Source of the DNA: an uncultured Clostridium sp.
Lineage (GTDB): Bacteria; Bacillota; Clostridia; Clostridiales; Clostridiaceae
Strand: one strand, 5' to 3'
Assembly (NCBI RefSeq): GCF_900547475.1
Contig: NZ_URGW01000019.1
Length of the DNA: 64,000 nucleotides
Shown here: in pieces, positions 1 through 10,107 of the stretch
Numbering within the stretch: position 1 is the first letter of the stretch
Layout: every line of letters begins with the position of its first letter
Notes under the pieces: generated by a model
Told to the model about the DNA's origin: nothing
What the model saw: the letters and a program-made list of their open reading frames with translations, nothing else
Databases searched by the model: none
Translations under genes and position numbers: made by a program

Positions 1-153
1 GTTCTATGTATATTTAATAATAGTCATGAGAGTGTTTTAGTAAATATAAATTCAGAATTAAAAGCAGTAAATTTAATTACAGAAAGTGTTGAAGATTTAA
101 GAGAAATAAAGTTAGATAAATTGTCTTTTAAAATATATAAGGTTATTAAATAA
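1..153 (+). CDS. 3' end of a CDS entering from the left edge; possibly the C-terminal beta-domain of a GH13 glycosidase
   Basis: Frame 1 is open from base 1 (VLCIFNNSHESVLVNINSELKAVNLITESVEDLREIKLDKLSFKIYKVIK) to TAA at 151-153 and is followed by a terminator. The product guess is weak. Confidence 0.55.
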   Translation, partial: VLCIFNNSHESVLVNINSELKAVNLITESVEDLREIKLDKLSFKIYKVIK

Positions 154-176
154 TAAGGTTAATAAGGAAAAGAGAG

Positions 177-206
177 AAAGCTAGTATAAATTTTGTACTA
201 GCTTTT
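177..206 (+). terminator. Rho-independent terminator
   Basis: Stem AAAGCTAGTATA / TGTACTAGCTTT with a short T tail. Confidence 0.7.
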
Positions 207-229
207 ATAATAAGTTGAATGAAAATATA

Positions 230-257
230 TTGACAAAAAATAAAGATATGATAACAT
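230..257 (+). promoter_or_regulatory. sigma-A promoter of the ROK-galT-galK unit
   Basis: TTGACA at 230-235 and extended -10 TGaTAACAT at 249-257. Confidence 0.55.
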
Positions 258-311
258 TGAATTAAGAAAACAATTTCAGAAGTCTTTAAAAGAGAAAAAT
301 TTTTTTGTAGA

Positions 312-334
312 CTTTATTAAAATAATTAATAAAG
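312..334. promoter_or_regulatory. ROK (XylR/NagC-type) operator
   Basis: Palindrome CTTTATTAA-N5-TTAATAAAG just upstream of the ROK start codon; its shape matches Firmicute XylR-type operators. Confidence 0.6.
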
Positions 335-344
335 AAGTGATAAG

Positions 345-1565
345 ATGAGTAAAATATTAAGAGGTAGTTTTGAGTTGATGAAACAATTAAATGTTTCAGC
401 CGTACTTAAAGTTATAAAAGACAATGGAAGCCTATCACGTGCAGAAATTGCTAAATTAACAGGGTTGACTCCTGCTAGTGTTACTAATATAACAAAACTT
501 TTAATTGAAGATGATTTTCTTATAGAAAGTAAGATAGGGGAATCTAGTGGCGGAAGGCCACCAATAATATTAGAACTTAATCCAAATGCTAGATATGTAG
601 TAGGTGTAGGTATAGGAGTTGGAGTAGTAGATGTAGTTATAACTAACCTTTCAGCTAATATAATAATAAAGAGGTCCATGATAATAGAAGAGGAAAGATA
701 TGATTATGATTTAGTTTTTAAGAAGTTAGTTAATTTAATTAATGAAGTGATACAATCTAGTAAAATAGATAAAGATAAGGTATTAGGAGTAGGGGTAGCT
801 TTACATGGCATAGTAAATGCAAGAACAGGAATATCTATACATTCTTTATACTATGGTTGGAAAAACAAATATATAAAAGAAAAGTTAGAAGAAGAGCTAG
901 GATTGACTGTATATGTAGATAATGATGTAAGAGCAATGGCATTAGGGGAAAGTTGGTTTGGGGCAACAAAGGATATAGCTAATTTTGTGACTTTAAATAT
1001 ATCAAATGGTATAGGGGCAGGGATTATTATAAATAATACGCCTTATTATGGAGTTGATTTTAGTGCAGGAGAAATAGGGCATGTAGTAGTAGAAGCAGAT
1101 GGTGATAAGTGCAACTGTGGAAATTATGGTTGTCTTGAAACTGTTGCATCTAATAACAATATAACTAGAAAAGCTATTAAACTCATAAAGCAAGGTGTAA
1201 ATAGTTCTCTTAGCAAAGATATAGATGATATAAACAATTTATCAATAGAAGATATATGTAAAGCTGCAAATAATGGTGATGAGCTATCTATAACAATATT
1301 AAAGGAAGCAGCCAGATATATTGGAATAGCTATTACAAATTTAATAAATATATTAAATCCTACAGCAATAGTTGTTGTTGGAGAGATATTTGAAAATACA
1401 ACACATACTGTTGAAACTTTAAGTGAAATAGTTAAAAATAGAGGGCTTAAATTATCAAGTGAAAATGTAAGAATAATTAGAAGTTTATTAGGTAGAGATG
1501 CTGCAGTGGTTGGAGCATCAACATTAGTTATTCAAGAAATATTTAACTGTAGCAATATAAAGTAA
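345..1565 (+). CDS. ROK family transcriptional repressor
   Basis: N-terminal HTH (SRAEIAKLTGLTPASV), GGRPP linker, DNDVRAMALGE, and Zn motif GEIGH...CNCGNYGCLE. Confidence 0.95.
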   Translation: MSKILRGSFELMKQLNVSAVLKVIKDNGSLSRAEIAKLTGLTPASVTNITKLLIEDDFLIESKIGESSGGRPPIILELNPNARYVVGVGIGVGVVDVVITNLSANIIIKRSMIIEEERYDYDLVFKKLVNLINEVIQSSKIDKDKVLGVGVALHGIVNARTGISIHSLYYGWKNKYIKEKLEEELGLTVYVDNDVRAMALGESWFGATKDIANFVTLNISNGIGAGIIINNTPYYGVDFSAGEIGHVVVEADGDKCNCGNYGCLETVASNNNITRKAIKLIKQGVNSSLSKDIDDINNLSIEDICKAANNGDELSITILKEAARYIGIAITNLINILNPTAIVVVGEIFENTTHTVETLSEIVKNRGLKLSSENVRIIRSLLGRDAAVVGASTLVIQEIFNCSNIK

Positions 1566-1630
1566 ACTATAGTATTAAGTTTAAAATATGTTTTAAATAG
1601 TATTAAATTTAAGAGTGGATGGTGAAATTT

Positions 1631-3154
1631 ATGATTAAGATTGGGTATGAAATTGAAAGGCTTTTGAAATTTGCTTTAAAAAGGGAAATGATTTCTAAAT
1701 GGGATGTAATTCCAACTAGAAATGCATTGATGGACTTATTAAAAGTAGAAGCGCCTTTTGAGGGAGAAGTAGGAGAGGAGTTAGAAGAAAGTGCAGTTAA
1801 AATATTAAATAATATTTTAGATTATGCATCTGAAGCAGGATTAATAGAAGAAAATAGTACTACTTTCAGAGATTTATTTGATGCAAAGATAATGGGATTA
1901 TTGATGCCAAGAGAAGGGGAAGTTGTTAAAACTTTTTATGATAAATATGAAAATGAATCAAAGGAAAGAGCTACAGATTGGTTTTATGATTTGAGTAAAG
2001 CTTCAAATTATATAATGACTGAGAGAATAGCTAAAAATCTTTGGTGGCCAGCTACAACTGAATATGGTGATTTGGAGATTACCGTTAATTTATCAAAACC
2101 AGAAAAAGATCCAAAGGAAATTGCAAAAGCAAAACTTATGAAACAAGCAACATATCCAAAATGTTTACTTTGTAAAGAAAACGTAGGATATGTAGGAAGA
2201 ATAAATCATCCAGCAAGACAAAATCATAGAATTATTCCTATGAAATTAACTAATAAAGAATGGTTCTTACAATACTCACCATATGTTTACTATAATGAGC
2301 ATTGTATTGTTTTTAGTGGAGAACATGAACCAATGAAATTAACAAGAAACTCAATTGAAAGATTAGTTGAGTTTACAGAGGTTTTACCACATTATTTTAT
2401 AGGTTCTAATGCAGATTTACCTATTGTAGGTGGGTCAATATTAACTCATGATCATTATCAAGGGGGAAGACATGCATTCCCTATGGAAAAGGCTATTGTA
2501 GAAAAATATTATGAAAGTAAAAAATATGAGGATCTTGAAATTGGAACTGTTAAATGGCCAATGTCTGTAGTTAGAATAAAAGGAAATAATAAAAATAGTG
2601 TTATAGATTTAGCTATGGAGATATTTGAAGCATGGAAAAATTATTCTGACGAAGAAAATGATATAGTAGCATTTAGTGGAGATACACCACATAATACAGT
2701 AACTCCAATTGCAAGAAGAAAAGGTGAAGCTTTTGAATTAGACATAGTTTTAAGAAATAATAGAACTTCAGAAGAGCATCCAGATGGTATATTCCACCCT
2801 CATAAAGAGCTTCATCATATAAAGAAAGAGAATATAGGATTAATTGAAGTTATGGGGCTTGCTGTTTTACCAGGAAGATTAGAAAAAGAATTAGATACTA
2901 TAGCTAAAATTCTTTGTGGGGAGTTAACTTACAATAGGTTAGAAGCAGAAAAGAATAATGAAATTAATAAGCATATACAATGGATAGAAAAAATGATGTC
3001 TGAAGCTTCTTCATTAACTTATGATGAAGCTAAAGAGTTATTAAAGAAGGAAGTAGGAGATATATTTGCAAAAGTCCTTGAAGATTCAGGAGTATTTAAG
3101 AGAAATGAAAAAGGACAAGCAGGGTTAGAAAAATTCTTAAGCACTGTTCTTTAA
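1631..3154 (+). CDS. galT: galactose-1-phosphate uridylyltransferase (class II, Firmicute type)
   Basis: Motifs ITVNLSKPEKDPK, YPKCLLCKEN, QYSPYVYYNEH, GSNADLPIVGGSILTHDHYQGG, KKENIGLIEVMG; adjacent to galK. Alternative start at 1619. Confidence 0.95.
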   Translation: MIKIGYEIERLLKFALKREMISKWDVIPTRNALMDLLKVEAPFEGEVGEELEESAVKILNNILDYASEAGLIEENSTTFRDLFDAKIMGLLMPREGEVVKTFYDKYENESKERATDWFYDLSKASNYIMTERIAKNLWWPATTEYGDLEITVNLSKPEKDPKEIAKAKLMKQATYPKCLLCKENVGYVGRINHPARQNHRIIPMKLTNKEWFLQYSPYVYYNEHCIVFSGEHEPMKLTRNSIERLVEFTEVLPHYFIGSNADLPIVGGSILTHDHYQGGRHAFPMEKAIVEKYYESKKYEDLEIGTVKWPMSVVRIKGNNKNSVIDLAMEIFEAWKNYSDEENDIVAFSGDTPHNTVTPIARRKGEAFELDIVLRNNRTSEEHPDGIFHPHKELHHIKKENIGLIEVMGLAVLPGRLEKELDTIAKILCGELTYNRLEAEKNNEINKHIQWIEKMMSEASSLTYDEAKELLKKEVGDIFAKVLEDSGVFKRNEKGQAGLEKFLSTVL

Positions 3155-3211
3155 TATTATGTAAATGATAATTTAAGAAATAATAGATTTGTAGAGAGGT
3201 TAAGAAAGAAT

Positions 3212-4375
3212 ATGAATAGAGAGAAAATGATAGAGTTATTTAAAAATGAATATGGAGTAGATAATAGAGAGATAAAGACTTTCTTATCTCCAGGAAGAGT
3301 TAATTTAATTGGTGAGCATATAGATTATAATGGTGGATTTGTGTTCCCAGGAGCATTGACAGTTGGAATTTATGCAGCATTATCATTAAGAGATGATAAT
3401 AAGATAAGAATGAGATCGAAGAATGTTGCTGGGGAAGTAATAGTTAATTTAGAGGAAGAATTAGTTTATAAAAAAGAAGATGATTGGGGCAATTATCCAA
3501 AGGGAGTTATAAAAGCACTTAAGGATTTAGGTCATAAAGTACCAGGAATGGATATAGTTTTATATAGTAATATTCCAGATGGAGCAGGACTTTCATCTTC
3601 AGCGGCACTTGAAGTATTAATGGCATATATAATACTTTATTTAGAAAATCCAGAGCAAATTGATAGAGTTGAAGTATCTAAGATTTGCCAAAAAGTTGAA
3701 AATGAATTTGTTGGTGTTAACTGTGGAATTATGGATCAATTTGCAGTTGCAGTAGGAAAGAAAGATCATGCAATACTTTTAGATTGTGCATCTCTTTATT
3801 ATGAATATGCACCTTTAAATTTAGGAGAATATAGTTTAGTTATAATGAGTACTAATAAGAGAAGAGAACTTGCAGATTCAAAATATAATGAGAGAAGAGC
3901 AGAGTGTGAGAAGGCTCTTGAAATTATAAATGAAAATAAATCTGAAAAATTAGATAATCTTTGTCAAGCAACTATAGATGATATAGAATCATTTATTACT
4001 GATGAAACTTTAAAAAGAAGAGCTAATCATGTTGTTACTGAAAATGAAAGAGTTAAAAATAGTATGGAAATGTTGAAGAATAATGACATATTAGGATTTG
4101 GTAAGTTGTTAACAGCATCTCACATGTCTCTTGAAAATGATTATGAAGTTACAGGGCTTCATCTTGATACATTAGTACATGAAGCATTAAAGATAGAAGG
4201 TTGTATAGGAGCTAGAATGACAGGAGCTGGATTTGGTGGATGTGCAATTGCTCTAGTAATTGATAATAAGGTTGAAGAATTTAAAGAAAAGGTATCAGGA
4301 GCATATGAAAAGGTTACAGGAATTACACCATCATTTTATACAAGTAATATAGGTGAGGGAACTCACGTACTATAA
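3212..4375 (+). CDS. galK: galactokinase
   Basis: Motifs PGRVNLIGEHIDY, GAGLSSSA, CGIMDQ, GARMTGAGFGG. Confidence 0.97.
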   Translation: MNREKMIELFKNEYGVDNREIKTFLSPGRVNLIGEHIDYNGGFVFPGALTVGIYAALSLRDDNKIRMRSKNVAGEVIVNLEEELVYKKEDDWGNYPKGVIKALKDLGHKVPGMDIVLYSNIPDGAGLSSSAALEVLMAYIILYLENPEQIDRVEVSKICQKVENEFVGVNCGIMDQFAVAVGKKDHAILLDCASLYYEYAPLNLGEYSLVIMSTNKRRELADSKYNERRAECEKALEIINENKSEKLDNLCQATIDDIESFITDETLKRRANHVVTENERVKNSMEMLKNNDILGFGKLLTASHMSLENDYEVTGLHLDTLVHEALKIEGCIGARMTGAGFGGCAIALVIDNKVEEFKEKVSGAYEKVTGITPSFYTSNIGEGTHVL

Positions 4376-4380
4376 AATTA

Positions 4381-4453
4381 AAAATGACTGTCTCATAATT
4401 AGTTAGCCTTAGAGAAGTAAGATAAGGTTGAAATGATTGTGGACAGTCATTTT
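4381..4453 (+). terminator. extended hairpin / terminator after galK
   Basis: 12-bp perfect outer stem AAAATGACTGTC / GACAGTCATTTT with inner pairings CATAATT/GATTGTG and AGCCTTA/TAAGGTT. Confidence 0.65.
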
Positions 4454-4584
4454 ATATTTTAAATTATTATTTTAGAAATTACATGTATTTTCTTCTAGTA
4501 GCTTTTATTTACTCATATATAATATTGACTATAAATTGATATAAAAGTATAATTTTAAAGTATTATTAAAAAAGAGAATGAAAT

Positions 4585-4646
4585 TAATATTCGTTGAATG
4601 TCGAATTTGAAAAAATATTGACTAATATAATGTTCGTTATTATACT
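4585..4646 (+). promoter_or_regulatory. sigma-A promoter overlapped by PurR-box-like motifs
   Basis: TTGACT (4618-4623), 17-bp spacer, TATACT (4641-4646); TAATRTTCGTT at 4585-4595 and 4628-4638; CGAA at 4602-4605. Confidence 0.6.
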
Positions 4647-4680
4647 AGGGATGTGACATTTTATTTAGGAGGCTTATTTT

Positions 4681-5538
4681 ATGAAAAATGCTTTAATATT
4701 TCAATCAGACTTTGGTATAGCGGATGGTGCAGTTAGTGCAATGTATGGAGTTGCATATTCTGTAGATAAAACATTACAATTATTTGATTTAACTCATGAA
4801 ATACCACAGTATAATATTTGGGAGGCTTCATATAGATTAATTCAAACTGTAGTTTATTGGCCAGAAGGAAGTGTATTTGTTTCTGTAGTAGATCCAGGAG
4901 TTGGATCACATAGAAAGAGTATAGCAGTTAAGACTGTAAAAGGTCAGTACATAATTACACCTGATAATGGAACACTTACTCATATTAAGCGTATGTGTGG
5001 AATTGTAGAAGCAAGGGAAATAGATGAAACTATAAATAGATTACCTAATTCAGGAGCATCTTATACATTCCATGGAAGAGATATATATGCATATACAGGT
5101 GCAAGACTTGCTTCAGGTGTTATAAGCTTTGAACAAGTTGGACCAGAAATTCCAGTTGATGAAATTATTGAATTACCAGTAGTTGAATCAAGTAAAAATA
5201 ATGATATAGTAACTGGAACAATCGATGTTTTAGATGTTAGATTTGGTAGCCTTTGGACAAATATTGGTAGAGAACTATTTACTAGTTTAGGGATAAACTA
5301 TGGAGATAGGGTAGAAGTTTCAATAAAAAATGATACAAGAGAAGTTTATAGAAATATAATGATATATGCAAAATCATTTGCAGATGTTCATGTTGGAGAA
5401 ACTTTAGTTTATGTTAATTCATTAGATAATTTAGCTGTTGCTATAAATCAAGGTTCATTCTCTAAGGCATATAACATACAAACTGGAACTAATTGGATAA
5501 TTTCTATTAGAAAGGCTCCAAAAGTAGTTTACGAATAA
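4681..5538 (+). CDS. DUF62 SAM hydrolase (SAM hydroxide adenosyltransferase; fluorinase/chlorinase superfamily)
   Basis: Motifs QSDFG, DLTHEI, VVDPGVGS, PDNGTL, TFHGRD, DVRFGSLWTN, AINQG. Confidence 0.93.
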   Translation: MKNALIFQSDFGIADGAVSAMYGVAYSVDKTLQLFDLTHEIPQYNIWEASYRLIQTVVYWPEGSVFVSVVDPGVGSHRKSIAVKTVKGQYIITPDNGTLTHIKRMCGIVEAREIDETINRLPNSGASYTFHGRDIYAYTGARLASGVISFEQVGPEIPVDEIIELPVVESSKNNDIVTGTIDVLDVRFGSLWTNIGRELFTSLGINYGDRVEVSIKNDTREVYRNIMIYAKSFADVHVGETLVYVNSLDNLAVAINQGSFSKAYNIQTGTNWIISIRKAPKVVYE

Positions 5539-5584
5539 AATTAAATTTAATTAATCATAATGTATATGAAAAGGAGGAGACATA

Positions 5585-6136
5585 ATGGGTAATAAATTAT
5601 CTATTAAGACTATTGTTGCAATTGGTATAGGAGCAGCTGTATTTATGATATTAGGACGTTTTGGTTCAATTCCTACAGGAATACCAAATACTAATATTGA
5701 AACATGTTATGCATTTTTAGCTTTAATGGCAATATTATATGGACAATTTGCAGGTGTTGCTATTGGTTTTATAGGACATGCGTTAAAAGATTTAGTGTTT
5801 TATGGTTCACCTTGGTTTAGTTGGGTTATTGCATCGGCAGTTGTTGGGCTTATTATAGGATTAGCTTGCGAAAAATTAAATGTCAATGAAGGTGAATTTG
5901 ATAAAAAGGAAATGATAATTTTCAATATCTATCAAATAATTGCTAATGCTATAGCATGGCTTTTAGTTGCTCCAATATTAGATATAGCTATATATGCAGA
6001 ACCAGCTAATAAAGTTTATGCACAAGGAGCTGTAGCAGCGGTTTCAAATGCAATTACAGTTGGAGTGTTAGGTACTATATTATTATACACTTATTCTAAG
6101 ACTAGAGTTAAAAAAGGAAGCTTAGATAGAGAATAA
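5585..6136 (+). CDS. ECF transporter substrate-binding S component (UPF0397/MtsA-like)
   Basis: About six TM segments; [26 protein letters not shown]; lies upstream of the ECF ATPase and T genes. Confidence 0.88.
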   Translation: MGNKLSIKTIVAIGIGAAVFMILGRFGSIPTGIPNTNIETCYAFLALMAILYGQFAGVAIGFIGHALKDLVFYGSPWFSWVIASAVVGLIIGLACEKLNVNEGEFDKKEMIIFNIYQIIANAIAWLLVAPILDIAIYAEPANKVYAQGAVAAVSNAITVGVLGTILLYTYSKTRVKKGSLDRE

Positions 6137-6146
6137 TGTCTATTTT

Positions 6147-6179
6147 AAATACCGGAGTCTTTAAGTCTCTGGTATTTTT
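6147..6179 (+). terminator. terminator between the S component and the ECF ATPase
   Basis: Stem AAATACCGGAG / CTCTGGTATTT with a T tail. Confidence 0.6.
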
Positions 6180-6411
6180 AATAATTAAAGAAAATTTTAT
6201 ATTATAAAATCTTTTTCAGAATATACATATGATTAAAAATATAGTATTATCTTTAATGGAGGTTATTAATTAAAATTTTACTAATGATAAAGTTTTAATA
6301 AAGTAACTTAGAAAAAGTTGTTTAATAGACAATCTATTAAGCTTTAAAGCAATTAATAAAAATAGATTAATATTATTGAAGTTTATATACAAAAAGACGA
6401 GGAGATTTGCT

Positions 6412-8118
6412 ATGAAAAAACCTGTAATTGAGTTCGTGGATTTTACTTTTCAATACAGAGCTCAAGCAAAGCCAACATTGAATAATATAAATTTAACTAT
6501 ATATGAAGGAGAAAAAGTACTTATAGTAGGACCATCAGGGTCAGGAAAAAGTACTCTTTCAAATTGTATAAATGGCCTTGTACCATTTTCTAATGAAGGT
6601 GAAATTTCTGGTAGTTTAAAAGTTAAAGGGAAAGAAACTAAGGAAATGAGTATATTTGAATTGTCAAATTCAGTGGGGACTGTACTTCAAGATCCAGATG
6701 GTCAGTTTATAGGATTAACAGTTGGTGAAGATATAGCTTTTAAGTTAGAGAATGATTGTGTATCACAAGAGGAAATGAAAGAAAAAGTTAAAATTGTTTC
6801 TGAAATTGTAGGAATAGATACTCATTTAAGTTCTGCACCTTATAGTTTATCAGGAGGGCAAAAACAACGTGTAACATTAGCTGGTGTTATGGTAGGTGAC
6901 GTAGATATTCTTTTATTTGATGAGCCACTTGCAAGTTTAGACCCTGCAACTGGTAAAAGTGCTATTGAACTAATAGATCAAATTCAAAAGAAAACTAATA
7001 AGACTATATTAATAATAGAACACAGATTAGAAGATGTATTACATTGTCCAGTAGATAGAATAATAGTTGTTGATAATGGTAAAATAGCTGCTGATATAAC
7101 TCCAGAAGAGTTATTAAGTTCAAATCTATTAGTTGAAACAGGAATACGTGAACCACTATATATTACAGCATTAAAATATGCAGAATGCAATATTACACCT
7201 AAAATGCATCCAGAACATATTGATACATTAAATATAGATAGTTGTAGAGATAAATTAAAAGAGTGGTATGAAGATACTATAGAAGATAAACAACAAGTAA
7301 ATAGTGAAGCTATTCTTGAAATGAAAGATGTAAAATTCTCCTATGAATCAGGAAAGGAAATATTACATGGTGTTTCATTTAAAGTTAATAGGGGTGAAAT
7401 GGTTAGTATTGTAGGTAGAAATGGAGCCGGTAAATCAACTATTTCTAAGTTAATATGTGGATTTTATAAACCAACAGAAGGAAAAATATTATTTAATGGT
7501 AGAGATTTAGTTAATGATACTATTAAAGAACGTGCAGAAAAAATAGGAATAGTAATGCAGAATCCAAATCAAATGATATCAAAGACTATGATTTTTGATG
7601 AGGTAGCCTTAGGACTTAAAGTTAGAGGAGTTTCTGAGGAGAAAATTAAGAATAGAGTTTTTGAAACATTAAAGATTTGTGGATTATATGAATTCCGTAA
7701 TTGGCCAATTTCTGCATTAAGTTTTGGGCAAAAGAAACGTGTAACAATTGCATCAATTCTAGTATTAAATCCTGAAGTTATTATTTTAGATGAGCCTACA
7801 GCAGGTCAAGACTTTAAACATTACACAGAGATTATGGAATTCTTAAGAGAATTGAATCAAAAAGGTGTAACCATAATAATGATAACTCATGATATGCATT
7901 TAATGCTTGAATATACTAACAGAGCAATTGTATTATCTGATGGAGTAAAATTAGCTGATGATATAGCAGCTAATGTTCTTACAGATGAAGAAGTAATAAA
8001 TAAAGCAAACTTAAAGGAAACATCATTATATGAATTAGCTATAAAGGCTAACTTAGATAATCCAAGAATGTTTGTTAAGAAATTTATTGATTATGATAGG
8101 AGGATTAGAGGAATATGA
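6412..8118 (+). CDS. ECF transporter duplicated ATPase (A-A' fusion)
   Basis: Two ABC domains (GPSGSGKS, LSGGQKQR, FDEP; GRNGAGKS, LSFGQKKR, LDEP); RBS GAGGAG before the ATG at 6412. Confidence 0.93.
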   Translation: MKKPVIEFVDFTFQYRAQAKPTLNNINLTIYEGEKVLIVGPSGSGKSTLSNCINGLVPFSNEGEISGSLKVKGKETKEMSIFELSNSVGTVLQDPDGQFIGLTVGEDIAFKLENDCVSQEEMKEKVKIVSEIVGIDTHLSSAPYSLSGGQKQRVTLAGVMVGDVDILLFDEPLASLDPATGKSAIELIDQIQKKTNKTILIIEHRLEDVLHCPVDRIIVVDNGKIAADITPEELLSSNLLVETGIREPLYITALKYAECNITPKMHPEHIDTLNIDSCRDKLKEWYEDTIEDKQQVNSEAILEMKDVKFSYESGKEILHGVSFKVNRGEMVSIVGRNGAGKSTISKLICGFYKPTEGKILFNGRDLVNDTIKERAEKIGIVMQNPNQMISKTMIFDEVALGLKVRGVSEEKIKNRVFETLKICGLYEFRNWPISALSFGQKKRVTIASILVLNPEVIILDEPTAGQDFKHYTEIMEFLRELNQKGVTIIMITHDMHLMLEYTNRAIVLSDGVKLADDIAANVLTDEEVINKANLKETSLYELAIKANLDNPRMFVKKFIDYDRRIRGI

Positions 8119-8942
8119 GTACAATGATTGGATATTCAGATATAGATTCACCTATTCATAGATTAACAGGAGCAGCAAAGTTAATTGCTTTAATTATTTG
8201 GGCTTTAGCTTCTATGGTTACATATGATACTCGTGTGCTTTTAGGTATGTTTGTTGTAAGTATAATTGTGTTTAAGATTTCAAAGGTAGAATTTAAACAA
8301 GTTTCATTTGTTCTTTACTTTATATTAATATTCTTGTTATTAAATAATTTAGCAATATTTATATTCTCACCATATGAAGGTGTTAATATATATGGAAGTA
8401 GAACAGATTTATTTAAGATTGCAGGTCCATATACTGTAACAAGTGAACAGTTATTCTATCAATTTAATATAACTTTAAAGTATTTTTCAATAATACCTAT
8501 GGCATTATTATTTATGGTTGCTACTAATCCAAGTGAGTTTGCAGCTTCATTAAATAAGATAGGTGTAAGTTATAAAATTGCATATTCAGTTTCAATAGCT
8601 TTAAGATATATACCTGATGTTCAACGTGATTATCAAGATATATCATTTGCACAACAAGCTAGGGGAATAGATATGTCTAAAAAAGAAAAATTAACAAAAA
8701 GAATTAAAAATTCAGCTTCTATATTAATGCCGTTGATATTTTCAAGTTTAGATAGAATAGAAACTATAAGTTCTGCTATGGAGCTTAGAGCATTTGGAAG
8801 TAATAAAAAACGTACATGGTATAATGGAAGACCATTTAAAAAAGGTGATTATATAGCTATAGCTATAGTTAGTGTTATATTAGTAATTGCTATATTTGCG
8901 ACAATAATAAATGAGGGACGTTTCTATAATCCATTTATTTAA
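8115..8942 (+). CDS. ecfT: ECF transporter transmembrane T component
   Basis: Motifs ALRYIP, AQQARG, AMELRAF; ATGA overlap with the ATPase gene. Confidence 0.92.
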   Translation: MSTMIGYSDIDSPIHRLTGAAKLIALIIWALASMVTYDTRVLLGMFVVSIIVFKISKVEFKQVSFVLYFILIFLLLNNLAIFIFSPYEGVNIYGSRTDLFKIAGPYTVTSEQLFYQFNITLKYFSIIPMALLFMVATNPSEFAASLNKIGVSYKIAYSVSIALRYIPDVQRDYQDISFAQQARGIDMSKKEKLTKRIKNSASILMPLIFSSLDRIETISSAMELRAFGSNKKRTWYNGRPFKKGDYIAIAIVSVILVIAIFATIINEGRFYNPFI

Positions 8943-8952
8943 TAAGAAAATT

Positions 8953-8990
8953 AAAAGTTAGTACTATAAAGTGTTATAGTACTAACTTTT
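8953..8990 (+). terminator. Rho-independent terminator
   Basis: 17-bp perfect stem AAAAGTTAGTACTATAA / TTATAGTACTAACTTTT. Confidence 0.8.
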
Positions 8991-9063
8991 ATATTAATAA
9001 TATTTGGTAAAGTAATACAAATAAAGAAAATAATAAAATAAGTACTATAAATTATAATTTTAT

Positions 9064-9106
9064 TGTAACTCTTTTGTAAATTAATTTGACCTTATATAGG
9101 TATAAT
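9064..9106 (+). promoter_or_regulatory. OmpR/WalR-type direct-repeat box plus -10 element
   Basis: TGTAAC-N5-TGTAAA at 9064-9080 and TATAAT at 9101-9106. Confidence 0.5.
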
Positions 9107-9150
9107 ATAAAGTATAGAGCTATATAAGAAGTAGTTAGGGAGAATTGAAA

Positions 9151-10107
9151 ATGTATAAATTAAGTAAAGTTATAATAAGAAATAGTGTTTTAATAGTAAT
9201 TTTATTATTATCTTTTGTATTTGGAATTCAGACTTTAAAAAAATATAAGATATATAATAAGGATAAGGAAGTTATAGCTAATCAAAATATAAGTTTTATT
9301 GATAATGAAGTTTCCCAAAATACTGGTGAGGAAAGTAATGATGGAGATTTACAGAATAGAGAAAATATTAATACTGCTACAACTAAGCAAAACTTAATAT
9401 ATACTTCTTATGAAAATGATTTATATGCAGATAATGCTAAGGATGTAGAAAATATGCTTAATAAGTGGAATTACTTAAGGGAAGATGGAAAAAAGGTTGC
9501 ATATCTAACATTTGATGATGGGCCTTCAACTGAAGTAACACAACAAATATTAGAAACACTTAAATTTAATAATATAAAAGCTACTTTTTTTGTATTAGGT
9601 AGTAATGTTGAAAAAAGTAATATACAAAAGGAATTGTTGAAAGAAATGGTTATAGAAAGACACGCCATTGGCAATCATGGATATTGTCATGACTATAGTA
9701 TTTTATATCCAAGTAGAGTTGCTAATCCAACAGTGATAGTAAATGATATGAAAAAATCAGAATATGTAATGAGGTCTGTTTTAGGTGATGACTTTAGAAC
9801 TAGTGTTATTAGGTTACCAGGAGGACATATGTCATGGAATACTAAAATGTTAGATCCGGTTCTTGAGGAAAATGGATATAGTTATATAGATTGGAACACA
9901 TTAAATGGAGATGCTGAAGGCAATGACAGAACTGTTGAGCAATTGGTAAATAGGTTAAAAGGAACTATAAGAGATTTAGCTGGAAATGATGATGTATTAG
10001 TTATATTAATGCATGATACAAATGCAAAGAAAACAACATCACAATCATTACAAGAAATTATAGATTACTTAAAGTCTTTAGGATATGAATTTAGAACATT
10101 AAAGTAG
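9151..10107 (+). CDS. membrane-anchored CE4 polysaccharide (peptidoglycan) deacetylase
   Basis: N-terminal TM; motifs TFDDGP, GNHGYCH, RLPGG, DWN, LMHD. Confidence 0.92.
   Translation: MYKLSKVIIRNSVLIVILLLSFVFGIQTLKKYKIYNKDKEVIANQNISFIDNEVSQNTGEESNDGDLQNRENINTATTKQNLIYTSYENDLYADNAKDVENMLNKWNYLREDGKKVAYLTFDDGPSTEVTQQILETLKFNNIKATFFVLGSNVEKSNIQKELLKEMVIERHAIGNHGYCHDYSILYPSRVANPTVIVNDMKKSEYVMRSVLGDDFRTSVIRLPGGHMSWNTKMLDPVLEENGYSYIDWNTLNGDAEGNDRTVEQLVNRLKGTIRDLAGNDDVLVILMHDTNAKKTTSQSLQEIIDYLKSLGYEFRTLK

Noticed and set aside
326..679. 117-aa minus-strand ORF, and the other short antisense ORFs in the track (e.g. 10168-10479, 36539-36886, 52755-53021, 63003-63284)
   Set aside because: They overlap well-supported genes on the opposite strand, have the Ile/Ser/Phe/Leu-rich composition of shadow frames, and show no recognisable motifs.
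4454..4680. SAM-I riboswitch or T-box before the SAM hydrolase
   Set aside because: No S-box or T-box consensus, and the promoter sits about 35 nt from the ATG.
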